Positions 18,901-28,900 of a DNA stretch of 64,000 nucleotides are shown here, piece by piece. Both the position numbers and the translations under genes were made by a program. Positions within the stretch are counted from its first letter, which is position 1; each line of letters opens with the position of its first letter. Under the pieces are notes generated by a model. The model was given only the letters and a program-made list of their open reading frames with translations. It had not been told where the DNA came from and ran no database searches. This DNA is from Longimicrobiales bacterium (lineage in GTDB: Bacteria > Gemmatimonadota > Gemmatimonadetes > Longimicrobiales > Gaopeijiaceae). The DNA lies in contig OZ241892.1 of assembly GCA_965203485.1 (NCBI GenBank), positions 3,424,001 through 3,488,000 on the forward strand. Reading direction: 5' to 3'.

Positions 18901-21900
18901 GCAGACCGTGGATACAAATCTTCGGTTACGTGGTGCAGGCGGGAGACCGTGACGCGGACGGCATCAGCGTCGCGGCGAACGCGCTGTCGGCGAACGGCGG
19001 CTCGATCACCCTGCCGGGCGACACGACGCCCGCGGCGCTGTCGCACGTTCCAATGCCGGCGGGATGGAAGGTGGACGGAAGCCGCACGGCGCCTCCGAGC
19101 GTGCGCTGGGTCTGGTTCAACGCTCCGCTGAGCGAGGGCACGTACCTGCGGGGCGAGCGGATCCACGTGACGGCGGAATTCGACCGGCGGACCTCGGTGG
19201 ATACGGCCGGAGGCACGCCTCGGATGGCGATCCGCGTGGGAAATTCGACACGCCACGCGACGTACGCGGGCGGGCCGGGCGCGTACAGGTACCTCAACTT
19301 CCATTACGTGGTGCAGGCGGGAGACCGTGACGCGGACGGCGTCAGCATCGCGGCGAACGCGCTGTCGGCGAACGGCGGCTCGATCACTGCGCCGGGCGAC
19401 ACGGCGGCGGCGGACCTGTCGCACGGGCCGGTGGCGGCGGACGGGGCGCACAGGGTGGACGGGCGGCGATCAGGAACGGCCAAGATACAGTCGATCGCCG
19501 TGATTCCGCATCCCTCGCGCGACAGCACCTACACGCGGGACGAACTGATCTACGTGTACGTGTCGTTCGACCGGGACGTGGCTGTGGCCACGACGGGCGG
19601 ACGGCCCCGGATCGCGCTCGCCATCGGGGATTCGACACGGTACGCGACGTACTCGCATTTGTTCGGACGATACCCGTCGTCGCAACACGTATTCCACTAC
19701 GCAGTGCAGGCGGGAGACCAGGACGCGGACGGCATCAGCATCGCGGCGAACGCCTTGTCGGCGAACGGCGGTTCGGTCACTGCGCCGGACGACACGGTGG
19801 CGGCGGACCTGTCGCACGGACCGTTGGCGGCTGACTCGGCGTACAAGGTGAACGGCAGTCGCATCGGCGCTCCGCGCGTCCAGGCGATGTGGTCGCTCCC
19901 GCCAGCGAGCGGGAACACGTACGTGCGAGGCGAGCGGATCAGGATGAGGGTGTCCTTCGACCGGCGGACTTCGGCGGACACGGTCGGAGGTCGGCCCCGG
20001 TTGGCGATCCGCATAGGGGACTCGACGCGCTACGCGACGGGTTGGAACATGCCGGCCACGGGTATTGTCTTCGACTTCGTCTACGTCGTGCAGCGGACGG
20101 ACGTGGACACGGACGGGATCAGCGTAGGAGCGAACGCGCTGTCGGCGAACGGCGGCTCGATCACCTTGCCGGGCAGCACGATGCCCGCCGTCCTGGCGCA
20201 CGACTCCATGCCGGCGGACTTGTCGCGCAGGGTGGACGGGCGGCGGACGTCCATCCGGGCCGGCCGGAACCACGCGCCCACCGTCGTGGCGCCCATCCCC
20301 GCGAGGGTCGTTGAGGTCGCAAGCGATCCGGCGGCGGAGGAGCTGTCGGCGTACTTTCGGGACCCCGACGGCGACCCGCTGGCCTATTCCGCGGTCTCGG
20401 CCGCGCAACGAGTAGCGGACGTGGAGATTGCGGGCAGCGTCTTGACGATCCGGCCGCTGGCCGTGGGCCGGTCCGTCGTGACCGTCGGGGCGGCGGACCC
20501 GGGGGGCGGCGAAGCGGAGCAGAGCTTCTTGGTGACGGTGGAGGCGTCGCGGTCGGACCGGGCCAGGATCCTGAAGCGATCGCTGGCGGCGTTCGGCCGA
20601 GCCGTGGGAACCGAGACGGTCGAAGCGATAGGCGGGCGGCTCGAGACGGCGGACGAACCGGGCGCAATGGGCGGACCGGATGTGCAGGTGGGGGGCCGCT
20701 CGCTCGCGTGCGTTGGCGCGTCGGGCTCTCGGGGTTGCGGGTTGCAGGAGCTGGCGCGCCAAGCGGCGGGTCTCGTTGGGTTGCGGGTCTCGCAGGGAGC
20801 GGGCAGTCTGGCGTCGTTGCTGCATGCGGTTGCGGAGGGCGGCCACGACGCCGGCGCCGTGCGCGGGCTGGTGGGGGCGTTCGGTCGGCCGGCGGACGCC
20901 GGCGCGGTCAACGGTCTCGAAACGCCGCACGGATTCGGCGCAGTCGGCGGTTCCGCAGCGCCGGGCGGATTCGGCGCTGTGGACGGTCGCGGCGTTGCTC
21001 ATGGAGTCGCGGCCGCCGGTGGTCGCGGCGACAGCCGTCGCTGGGGCCGGTTGGTCAGCATCGATCCGTTGTCGCGCAGACGAGCGCTGGCGCGGTCTTC
21101 CTTCCGGTTCTCGCCGGGCGCCGCCGACCGAGCCGTGCCGGGCGGATGGACGTTCTGGGGCCAAGCCAATGCCGGCGGCTTCAAGGGCCGGCCCGACGAC
21201 GATCTCGCGCTGGACGGAACGGTGCGGTCGGCCTACTTGGGCGCCGACTACCGGTTCGGGCGCGGGCCGCTGGTGGGCCTCGCGCTGTCCCGCGCGACGA
21301 GTTCGATCGGCTTCGAGAGCGGCGTCGCCGGGGCCGGCGCGGTGGATGCGCGCCTGACGGGCTTGTATCCGTACGTCCAGTGGTCTCCTCGCAAGGGCTT
21401 GAGCGCGTGGGGGTTGCTGGGAGCGGGCCGGGGAACGGCGAGCATGTCGGAGGACGCGACGGGCCGCCGGTTCGAGACGCGCATGAGGATGCTGATGACG
21501 GCGGCGGGCGCGCGCCGGAGGCTCGTGGGCGTGCTCGCGTTCAAAGCGGACGCGTTCGTGGTGCGCACCGATGCCGGGGAGTTGCCGGACTTGCCGGGCG
21601 TCGCCGCCACTGTGCACCGGTTGCGTCTCGCGCCGGAGATCGGCGGGCGCTGGGCCGTGTCGGAGCGGTCGTCGATCAGCTCGGAGGTCGAGCTGGGGGC
21701 GCGCTTCGACGGCGGGGACGCGGAGACGGGCGCCGGGGCCGAAGCCGGCGCGAGGCTCGCGTATGCGCACGAGGGCGCCGGGCTGAGCGTGGACGTGCGC
21801 GGGCGGGCGCTGGTGGCGCACCAGGCGGCAGGCTTCGAGGACTGGGGCGCCAGCGTGTCGGTTCGCCTGCGGCCGGGCCGCGACGAAGGGGGCCTGTCGT

Positions 21901-22304
21901 TCGCGCTCGAGCCGGCGTGGGGCAACGCTGCAAGCGGAGCGGCGGCGTTGTGGCGCGACGGGACGATCAGCGGCGCGCTCGGCGCGTCGTTGGGACGCGC
22001 ACCGGCTGGGGACGCAATGGAGGCGGCGATTCCAGACTGGAAGGCAAGCCGAATCAACATGGAAACGGCCTACGCGATCGTGTTGCCGGACGGCGGCCGG
22101 GTCGCTCCGTTCGGCCGATTGGCGGTCGAGAACGGATCGGGGCGCCGCATCAACGTGGGAATCCGCCTGTCCACGCTCGGGGCGTCCGCCGATGCGGCGC
22201 ACAAGGTCCGGGCGACGATCGACCTGTTCGGCGAGCATGTGTCGCGCGGCGCCGAGCCCGCCGACCGCAGGCTGGGCGTGCAGGGCGCCGTTCGGCTCAG
22301 GTAA
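15966..22304 (+). CDS. Large secreted surface protein: 11 tandem repeats of about 125 aa, a cadherin/Ig-like domain and an autotransporter-like C-terminal beta-barrel
   Basis: Signal peptide. Repeats end in (K/R)V(D/N)G with a core Y.VQ..D.D.DG...ANAL..NGG.I. NHAP...YFRDPDGDPLAY domain. Amphipathic strands (LGADY, GLYPY) end in GAVRLR. Confidence 0.8.
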   Translation: MLFAVVLASSLVAALPGGAGAQSAAPAVQRIVFLGLEAGDSTYFRGEAVKVRVVFDKRVAVGTANGAPYLELAVGTATRRASFVRSKRNALDFSYTVQRADVDSDGVGVPAGALTLNGATIKAETDAATDANVAHGAVAGGLGRKVDGSKVRPPEVQRVLFTGPVAEDSTHYRGETIGVRVLFKEDVVVETAGGRPRVALAVGSRTRHAAMTQWRRNRIDFSYTVQTGDADADGVEIAANALGLNGGTVKSALDSATSAVLAHERVAGGLARKVDGSKVRPPEVQRVLFTGPVAEDSTHYRGETIGVRVLFKEDVVVETAGGRPRVALAVGSRTRHAAMTQWRRNRIDFSYTVQTGDADADGVEIAANALGLNGGTVKSALDSATSAVLAHGRVAGGLARKVDGSKVRPPKASGVAFDNSPAGGDTYGYGERIVVRVAFDRAVVVSTAGGTPRLALKIGAVVRHAALSDTAGTYTRLLFSYAVQGSDAAPRGASIGANALELNGGSVKAGADGATDAVLAHGAVAADAARKVDGRRGRPPKVDGVSFAGSAPGDSTYRHGDSIVVRVGFDESVAVDVANGKPQVALAVGTVVRQAVFSAHSGKTVEFVYVVQSADRDLDGASVGANALALNGGVITGAADGAVAADVTHDAVAADATRKVDGRPRIVSLEFVDTHGAIQGLYKFEERIWIWARFDQKLDVGGRVSMALEVGTDTVQATSSLRLRSGDSAVAFFYRVKREDRDADGVSVPKGALVLNGSILKAASDDATDANLEHGGLAADSSRRVDGSLIPTPRLRVVVRNSPAKGATFTWKERIHVEASFQVGVIITGNPRLTLNVGTKTRQLAASVVDPRSFEYVVQAGDVDADGISIPANALSLPNGATIRSAANTSIHATLSHDSVPADPQRKVDGRLVEAPRALRMGIEPPPSRGDTFTRGEMFYIKMFFDRDVAVDTTHGRPRIALSIGDSTRYATYRQPSRGRPWIQIFGYVVQAGDRDADGISVAANALSANGGSITLPGDTTPAALSHVPMPAGWKVDGSRTAPPSVRWVWFNAPLSEGTYLRGERIHVTAEFDRRTSVDTAGGTPRMAIRVGNSTRHATYAGGPGAYRYLNFHYVVQAGDRDADGVSIAANALSANGGSITAPGDTAAADLSHGPVAADGAHRVDGRRSGTAKIQSIAVIPHPSRDSTYTRDELIYVYVSFDRDVAVATTGGRPRIALAIGDSTRYATYSHLFGRYPSSQHVFHYAVQAGDQDADGISIAANALSANGGSVTAPDDTVAADLSHGPLAADSAYKVNGSRIGAPRVQAMWSLPPASGNTYVRGERIRMRVSFDRRTSADTVGGRPRLAIRIGDSTRYATGWNMPATGIVFDFVYVVQRTDVDTDGISVGANALSANGGSITLPGSTMPAVLAHDSMPADLSRRVDGRRTSIRAGRNHAPTVVAPIPARVVEVASDPAAEELSAYFRDPDGDPLAYSAVSAAQRVADVEIAGSVLTIRPLAVGRSVVTVGAADPGGGEAEQSFLVTVEASRSDRARILKRSLAAFGRAVGTETVEAIGGRLETADEPGAMGGPDVQVGGRSLACVGASGSRGCGLQELARQAAGLVGLRVSQGAGSLASLLHAVAEGGHDAGAVRGLVGAFGRPADAGAVNGLETPHGFGAVGGSAAPGGFGAVDGRGVAHGVAAAGGRGDSRRWGRLVSIDPLSRRRALARSSFRFSPGAADRAVPGGWTFWGQANAGGFKGRPDDDLALDGTVRSAYLGADYRFGRGPLVGLALSRATSSIGFESGVAGAGAVDARLTGLYPYVQWSPRKGLSAWGLLGAGRGTASMSEDATGRRFETRMRMLMTAAGARRRLVGVLAFKADAFVVRTDAGELPDLPGVAATVHRLRLAPEIGGRWAVSERSSISSEVELGARFDGGDAETGAGAEAGARLAYAHEGAGLSVDVRGRALVAHQAAGFEDWGASVSVRLRPGRDEGGLSFALEPAWGNAASGAAALWRDGTISGALGASLGRAPAGDAMEAAIPDWKASRINMETAYAIVLPDGGRVAPFGRLAVENGSGRRINVGIRLSTLGASADAAHKVRATIDLFGEHVSRGAEPADRRLGVQGAVRLR
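16377..17194 (+). repeat. Near-perfect tandem duplication, 384-bp period
   Basis: CAAGGTGGACGGAAGCAAGG recurs at 16397, 16781 and 17165. The two intervening 128-aa units are almost identical (HERV vs HGRV). Confidence 0.95.
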
Positions 22305-22392
22305 GGCAACCCGCCGGGCCCGACGACGAGGAGAGACGCTTGCTGCAGCTTGAATGCGGCCTGAACCGACATCGCTCCGCGACGCGAACTGC

Positions 22393-22848
22393 ATGTCGGC
22401 GAATCTCATGACGAACGCGGGAACCCGACGAGAAGTTCACCAAGCGCTGATCAGCGACCACTTCAGGCGGCCCCGCAACCGGGGCGCGCTGGACGGCGGA
22501 GCCGCCATGGGCCGGGCGGACAATCCAGCGTGCGGCGATGTCGTGCGGGTGTGGGCCAGCGTCCGCGACGGCAAGATCGACAAAGCGACGTTCGACGGCA
22601 CCGGTTGCCTGCTTTCTCAAGCCGCGGCGTCAATGGTCACGGCGCTAGTGCGCGGCAAGACGCTGGACGCGGTCGCGAGGCTGCGAAGCGCGTTCGTCGA
22701 GGGCATGCAGCCGGACGCCGAAAGTCTGCCGGCGGAGTTCGGCGACCTGCGGGCGCTGGAAGGCGTGAGGCGTTTTCCGAGCCGAGCCCGTTGCGCCGTT
22801 CTGGCCTTCGACGCCTTGGCCGAGGCCCTGGCTGCCGGGCAAGACTGA
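22393..22848 (+). CDS. sufU: SufU/IscU-type (NifU N-terminal) Fe-S assembly protein
   Basis: DHFRRPRNRG, NPACGD, GTGC..SQAAAS, VRRFPSRARCA (three Cys plus Asp). Confidence 0.88.
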   Translation: MSANLMTNAGTRREVHQALISDHFRRPRNRGALDGGAAMGRADNPACGDVVRVWASVRDGKIDKATFDGTGCLLSQAAASMVTALVRGKTLDAVARLRSAFVEGMQPDAESLPAEFGDLRALEGVRRFPSRARCAVLAFDALAEALAAGQD

Positions 22849-22979
22849 ACTAGACGGCCTGCCGGTCGGCCGCGTTGTCGATGGTTCGCCCGTCCGGGTC
22901 TCCCGTGGCGTGTCCGCCCGTCTCGCGCTACTATGGACTGGACCCGCCACCAGACTTCATCCCTGACTTGAGGAGCTTC

Positions 22980-25763
22980 GTGACCGTGGGCCGATTCGCC
23001 GTTTCTTTTCGCGCCGGTTCTCGCCGGTTCAAGCCGTCCGTCTTCCGCGCTCCGCTTCTCGCATTGGCCGTCGTTGCGGGCGGCGCAATGGCGCTTGGGG
23101 CCTCCGGAGCAGCCGCGCAGCTCACGTCGCCCGAGGAGCAGTTCGGGTACCGCCTGGGCACCGACTACCAGCTGGTGGACTACCAGGGCCTCTCCGACTA
23201 CTGGCGCTTGCTGGCGGAGCAGTCGGACCGCATGACCGTCGAATCCATCGGCAAGACATCGGAAGGCCGCGACCAGTGGATGGCGGTGATCACGTCGCCG
23301 GCCAACCGCCCGGAGCTGGCGCGCTACCAGGAGATCGCCCGGCGGCTGGCCCTGGCGGACGGCGTGAGCGAGGACGAGGCGCGCGCGTTGGCCGCGGAGG
23401 GCAAGGCCGTAGTCTGGATCGACGGAGGACTCCACGCCACCGAGGTGCTGGGTGCCCAGCAACTGATGGAGCTGGTGTGGCAAATGGTGAGTCGCGACGA
23501 CGACGAAACGCTGCGCTTCCTGGACGAAGTCGTCCTGCTCGCGGCCCACGCCAACCCGGACGGCCACGCCCTGGTCGCCAACTGGTACATGCGCAACGAA
23601 GACCCCCTTGAGCGCTCGACGCAGGGCGTGCCCGTCCTGTACCAAAAGTACGCGGGCCACGACAACAACCGCGACTTCTACATGGCCTCGCTTGCCGAGA
23701 CCGAAAACATGAACCGGGTCGTCTACCGGGAGTGGTTTCCGCAGATCGTCTTCAACCATCATCAGACGGGACCGTCCGGCACCGTGATGTTCGCTCCGCC
23801 GTTCCGCGACCCGCCGAACCACAACCTCGATCCCATCATCATCACAAGCTTGGACCAAGTGGGCTCGGCGATGCACCACAGGATGGTGGTCGAAGGCAAG
23901 GGCGGCACGACCATGCGACGTGGCGCGAGCTATTCGACGTGGTGGAACGGCGGACTGCGCACGACGCCGTACTTCCACAACATGATCGGACTGCTCACCG
24001 AGACGATAGGCCATCCGACGCCGATCGAGATTCCGTTCTTGCCCGGGCGCCAGATTACGCACGGCGACCTGCCTCTGCCCGTCAATCCCGGCAAGTGGCA
24101 CTTCCGGCAGTCCGTCGATTATTCGCAGACCGCCAACCGCGCTGTCCTCGACTATGCGGCGCGCAACCGCGAGCATCTGCTCTTCAACATCTGGCGCATG
24201 GGTGCGAACTCCATCGAGAGAGGCAGCCGCGATTCGTGGACGGTGTTGCCGAAGTGGATCGACCAAGTTGCCGACGCCGTAGGGTCAAGGGGCGCGATGG
24301 AGGACTACGAAGCGCACTTGCGCGATCCATCCAAGCGCGACGCGCGGGCGTACGTCTTGCCGTCCGACCAGCGAGACTTCCCGACGGCCACCAAGTTCGT
24401 CAACGCGCTCCTCAAGAACGGCGTAACCGTGCATGTTGCCGCCCGCGACTTCTCGCTAGGCGGAAAGGACTATCCCGAGGGCTCCTACGTGGTCGTGACG
24501 GCCCAGGCGTTTCGGCCGCACGTGCTGGACATGTTCGAGCCGCAGAATCATCCCAACGACTTCCAGTATCCGGGCGGGCCGCCGATCGCGCCCTACGACA
24601 ACGCGGGTTGGACGCTGGCGCTTCAGATGGGCGTTGAGTTCGACCGCATTCTGGACCCGGTGAGCGGACCCTTCGAGTCCATCGACTGGCTGGCCGATCC
24701 CCGTGCCGGGCAGGTTACCGGTCCGGCGTCGGCAGCGGGCTATGCGACCGCCCACGTGAACGACGCGTTCGTCGCGGCCAACCGCGTCCTGCGATCCGGC
24801 GGCGAAGTATTCTGGCTGGAGGACGAGCACGTCGCCGGCGACGTTCGGCTTGCGGCGGGGACCTTCTACTTCCCCGCGGCTTCAGCGAGCCGGGAGACCC
24901 TCGAGGAATGGGCCGCAGAGCTGGGCGTCTCGTTCCACGGCTTGGAGGAGCCGCCCGCGGGCGGCGCAATGGCCCTTTCGGCCCCGCGGATCGGCTTGTG
25001 GGACCGTTACGGGGGGTCGATGCCGTCCGGATGGACGCGCTACGTGCTCGAGAACTTCGAGTTCGACTTCGACGTCGTCTATCCGCCCGAGGTGGACGCA
25101 GGCGGGCTCGCCGGACGGTTCGACGTGATTGTCCTGCCCGACGGCGCGATGAACGCAGGCGGCGGGCGCGGATTCCGGGGAGGCGCGAGCGAAGAGTTCC
25201 TGGCCAGCCTTCCGGACTCGTTGCGCTCCCGCGTGGGCTCGCTGACGGCCGAGGCCAGCGTGCCCCAGCTGCGCGCCTTCATGGAGCAGGGCGGCGCGGT
25301 CGTCGCGATCGGGTCGTCCACTGTGCTGGCCGGTCACCTGGGATTGCCGCTTGAGGACCACCTGCGCGACGAGCAAGGAAATCCGCCGAGCCGCGACGAC
25401 TACTTCACTCCTGGGTCCGTTCACGAAGTGCGCGTTGACCACGGTAGCCCGGTCACGTACGGACTCGGCGAACGCGTGCACGTGCTCCACAGCCACAGCC
25501 CCGTGTTCGAGATCGGCGCGAACGCGGAAGGCGTGCGCCGCCTAGCGTGGTACGATTCGCCCGAGCCCTTGGTCAGCGGCTGGGCCTGGGGCCAAGCGCG
25601 CCTGGAGGGGGGCGCGAGCATGGTCGAAGCGGACGTGGGCGCGGGCAAGCTGTTCCTGTTCGGTCCCAAGATCACCTTCCGCTCGCAGGCCCACGGCACG
25701 TTCCCACTGCTGTTCAACAGCATCCACTACGGAGCTTCGCGGCGGCACCGCCCGGCAAGCTAG
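22980..25763 (+). CDS. Secreted M14 zinc carboxypeptidase family protein
   Basis: GLHATE, NPDG, DNNRD, NHHQ. Signal peptide, and GAGGAG precedes GTG 22980. Confidence 0.9.
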   Translation: MTVGRFAVSFRAGSRRFKPSVFRAPLLALAVVAGGAMALGASGAAAQLTSPEEQFGYRLGTDYQLVDYQGLSDYWRLLAEQSDRMTVESIGKTSEGRDQWMAVITSPANRPELARYQEIARRLALADGVSEDEARALAAEGKAVVWIDGGLHATEVLGAQQLMELVWQMVSRDDDETLRFLDEVVLLAAHANPDGHALVANWYMRNEDPLERSTQGVPVLYQKYAGHDNNRDFYMASLAETENMNRVVYREWFPQIVFNHHQTGPSGTVMFAPPFRDPPNHNLDPIIITSLDQVGSAMHHRMVVEGKGGTTMRRGASYSTWWNGGLRTTPYFHNMIGLLTETIGHPTPIEIPFLPGRQITHGDLPLPVNPGKWHFRQSVDYSQTANRAVLDYAARNREHLLFNIWRMGANSIERGSRDSWTVLPKWIDQVADAVGSRGAMEDYEAHLRDPSKRDARAYVLPSDQRDFPTATKFVNALLKNGVTVHVAARDFSLGGKDYPEGSYVVVTAQAFRPHVLDMFEPQNHPNDFQYPGGPPIAPYDNAGWTLALQMGVEFDRILDPVSGPFESIDWLADPRAGQVTGPASAAGYATAHVNDAFVAANRVLRSGGEVFWLEDEHVAGDVRLAAGTFYFPAASASRETLEEWAAELGVSFHGLEEPPAGGAMALSAPRIGLWDRYGGSMPSGWTRYVLENFEFDFDVVYPPEVDAGGLAGRFDVIVLPDGAMNAGGGRGFRGGASEEFLASLPDSLRSRVGSLTAEASVPQLRAFMEQGGAVVAIGSSTVLAGHLGLPLEDHLRDEQGNPPSRDDYFTPGSVHEVRVDHGSPVTYGLGERVHVLHSHSPVFEIGANAEGVRRLAWYDSPEPLVSGWAWGQARLEGGASMVEADVGAGKLFLFGPKITFRSQAHGTFPLLFNSIHYGASRRHRPAS

Positions 25764-25947
25764 ACCGGAAGCGGCGATTGCGCGTGTGCCAGTGCGCACC
25801 TGGACGGAACCCAGCCGCCACCGGCATTTGCGGTTACCATTTGGGGTCGCCGCCTTCGATCGGTTGGCCCGAGCCGGCGCAAGTACTCCCTGAAGGCGCG
25901 AGGCAACAAGCCTAGCGCGTAACTGGCCGGGCTGGCCTGCGAGTCGC

Positions 25948-28900
25948 CTAACGCCTCCGGTCCCAGAAGTCCACCGGCCGGTCGTCCTTGCGCCAAGCGC
26001 CGGGCTCCACCCACCAGTGCTCGCCGTAGGGCGTCTGCTTCGGCCAGATTTCGTCCAGGGTCGTCGCATCGCGCACGATTCCGCCCTGCACGACGTACAA
26101 GATGTCCGTCGTGTTGCGGATGTCGTCCAAGGGATTGGAGTTGAGCACCAGCAAGTCCGCCAGCTTGCCCGTTTCGATCGTTCCCAAGTCCTGGTCGGCG
26201 CCCAGGAACACAGCGCCATGCACGCTGGCGACCTCCAATGCGGTCATAGGGTCCGAAGCCGATTCGACCATCCATATCTCCCAGTGAGTGGCGATGCCGT
26301 GAGCCTGTCCGTGGGACCCGATCGCGCCCCATCCGCCCGCCTCCACCACGTCCATCATCCCCTGCGCGATGAACGGAAAGCTGTAGTCCGTATCGGGCCG
26401 AATCCAGCGGCGGCGCATATGGGGAATCACCTGTCGCCAGGGCATCCATCGTCTTTGCTTCTCGTCCAACCACACGTCGCTCTCGGCGAAGAAGTACTCT
26501 TCGTTCCACGGACCGATGCCTCCCACGACGAAGGTCGGCGAGTACGTGGCGCCGGCGCGTCCCAGGAACTGGCTCAAGTCCCGGTACATGGGCAGATACG
26601 TCATGGGGTGCTCGAATCCCGTCTGCCCGTCCATGATCATTCCGATCGTGTATGGGATGTCGTTGTTCTCCGACGTGACCATGAGGCCCTTGGCGCGGGC
26701 GATGTCCGACACCCACTGGCGTTGGTCCCGGCGCGGCTGCAAGTACTGCTTCACGGCAGTCGCGCCCCAGGAGGCCAGGCGGTTGATGTTCTGCTCCGCG
26801 ACCTCGTAGCTCGCCAATTCGTTCTGCCTGGGTCCGTCTCCCCTGTACAATGGATCGCCCGTGGAGAAGGTGCGCGGCCCGGCGACCTGCCCCGCGCGGA
26901 TCAGCTCGCCGCTGGCAAACACGTTCTGCGACCACATCGAGTTGTCCAAATTGGTCGTCACGCCGTAGGCCAGATAGACTGCCGACTCGAAGTCGCGCTT
27001 TGGGATCAGTCCCCTGTGCTCGCGATAGTGGTGTGCGTGCATGTCCACGAATCCGGGGACGATCGTTTTTCCGGTCATGTCCAGCACGCTATCCGCTGAA
27101 GACGCGTCGCACGCACCGGCGCACGCTATGCGGCTTCCGTCGACGATCACCGTCCCGCCTTCGACGATCTCCCGATCCTTCAGCGTCAAGATGCGCGCGT
27201 TGGCCAAGGCCAGCGTGCCTTCGGGGATGCGCCGGGGGACCTGCAGATCAATGGACACCGTGTCCGTCGAGCCGTTCGCCACGTCGTGCACGAAGAAGCG
27301 GACACCATTGCCGTACTCGAGCTCGTCGTCGTTGCGCCAGCGCGGGTAGAGGCCCCCTTCCGTCGTGAGCCGCGCGACGGGCACTGGCGCTCCGTCCTTC
27401 TTGAGCGCCACTGGCGTTCCCCCGGCGCCGCCGGGAGGCAACGGGGCCCAGAACACATTGTCGCCCTCCTGAAATGCCACGCGGCCGCCGCCCGGCGACA
27501 CGACGAACTCGTCGCCGAACGGGATCGTGGCGTGTACGCGCAAGTCCGAGCCGTCTCCCCGCACCGACATGAGCGCGGTCGTGGTCTCGCCCGCCTCCGA
27601 AGCGTGGCGCGACGGAAAGTGGATGCGTCTTCCCCGGCCGAACGACGCGCGCACGATCTGCCTCCGGTTGCCGCCCAGGCCCGCCGTGCCCTCGGGCAAA
27701 GTCAAGACGCGCGTTTCGGCGTTGCCGTCGGCCGCCACCCGCCACAGCTCCCAGTACGGATTTTGGGTCGCCGACCTCGCCCGCGAGGCCGCTCCCGATC
27801 CCCGCGTCACCACAATCTCCGAGCCGTCGGGGCTCCACACCGGATGCACGTACTCCGACGGCGACCGGGTGAGTCGCTGGGGCGCATCCCCGCGTCCGTC
27901 CGCACGCGCCTTCCAGAGGTGGCCGCCCGTCTCGCCGTCCCATGTCGCATAGGCAATCCAGCTTCCGTCGGGCGACCACGCGGGGGAGTACTCGAACGGG
28001 CCGTCGCCCAAGGTCAAGCGCCGCGGCCGCACGCTACCGTCGGCCGAAGCGATCCATATGCGGCCCACGGCCTGGAAAGCGATCCGCGACCGGTCGGGCG
28101 AAGCGCCGTACCAACGCAGCATCTTGGCCTGGAAGGGCCCGTCGTCGATCCGGAAGCGGGCTCGGGCCATCTCCGACAACATCCGTTGCACGCGCGCTTT
28201 GAAGGGCACGGTGGTCACCTCGCCGCTGGCCACGTCCAGCCTGCGTATCTTGCCGCCCTGGGTGATCACGATGCCCGATCCGTCGGCGGTCCAGCCGTAG
28301 CCCGGCAGAATGCGCAGCGTCTTGATGCCCTCTGCGTTGTCAACCGTGACCGGGTCCATGGCGACCCGCTCGGCGCCGGTGTGCAAGTCGCGTATCCAGA
28401 GCGCCGTGCGGGGACCGAAGGTGTGGCCCCGATAGGAGATCGTGCCGTCGGCGACGCGACGCGCAAACGCCAGCCAGCGCCCGTCCGGCGACACTTCCGG
28501 CGCGTACGCGCTGCCGCTGGAAGCCCGCACTTGCTGGGCCGCCGTGCCGCGCGTGACGTGCACGACTTCGCCCGTCTCCAAGTTCATGCGCCGAACCTGC
28601 CAGTGGCCCGCCATGGCGTCGCGTCCCTGAAGACCCTGCGGCCCCGTGTACACGTGAAAGTACAAGTGCCGTCCGTCCTTGGACGGCGACGGCCAGGCCG
28701 CCTGGGGCTGAGAGTCGTCCACCACCTGCACGCCCTTGCCCCCGTCCCTGTGATACATCCAAATCCCGCCGCCGCCGCCGGGTGCCAAGTTGCGCCTTCG
28801 CACGAAGACGTAGCTCCCGTCCGCGGACCACGCCGGCTCCACTGCCCGCACCATGGGCTCCTCGAAGACCGCTCGCGCGTTCGAACCGTCTGCGTCCATC

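Noticed and set aside
16030..20250. Repeats as a CRISPR array or a DGR template/variable pair
   Set aside because: The repeats are in-frame protein domains of about 380 bp. There are no cas or reverse transcriptase genes in the window, and the differences include indels rather than adenine-only changes.
15786..22409. Long minus-strand ORFs (1221 aa, 979 aa) and similar long overlapping ORFs throughout the window
   Set aside because: They are Arg/Ala/Pro-rich, lack motifs and lie opposite well-supported genes, as expected from stop-codon scarcity at high GC.
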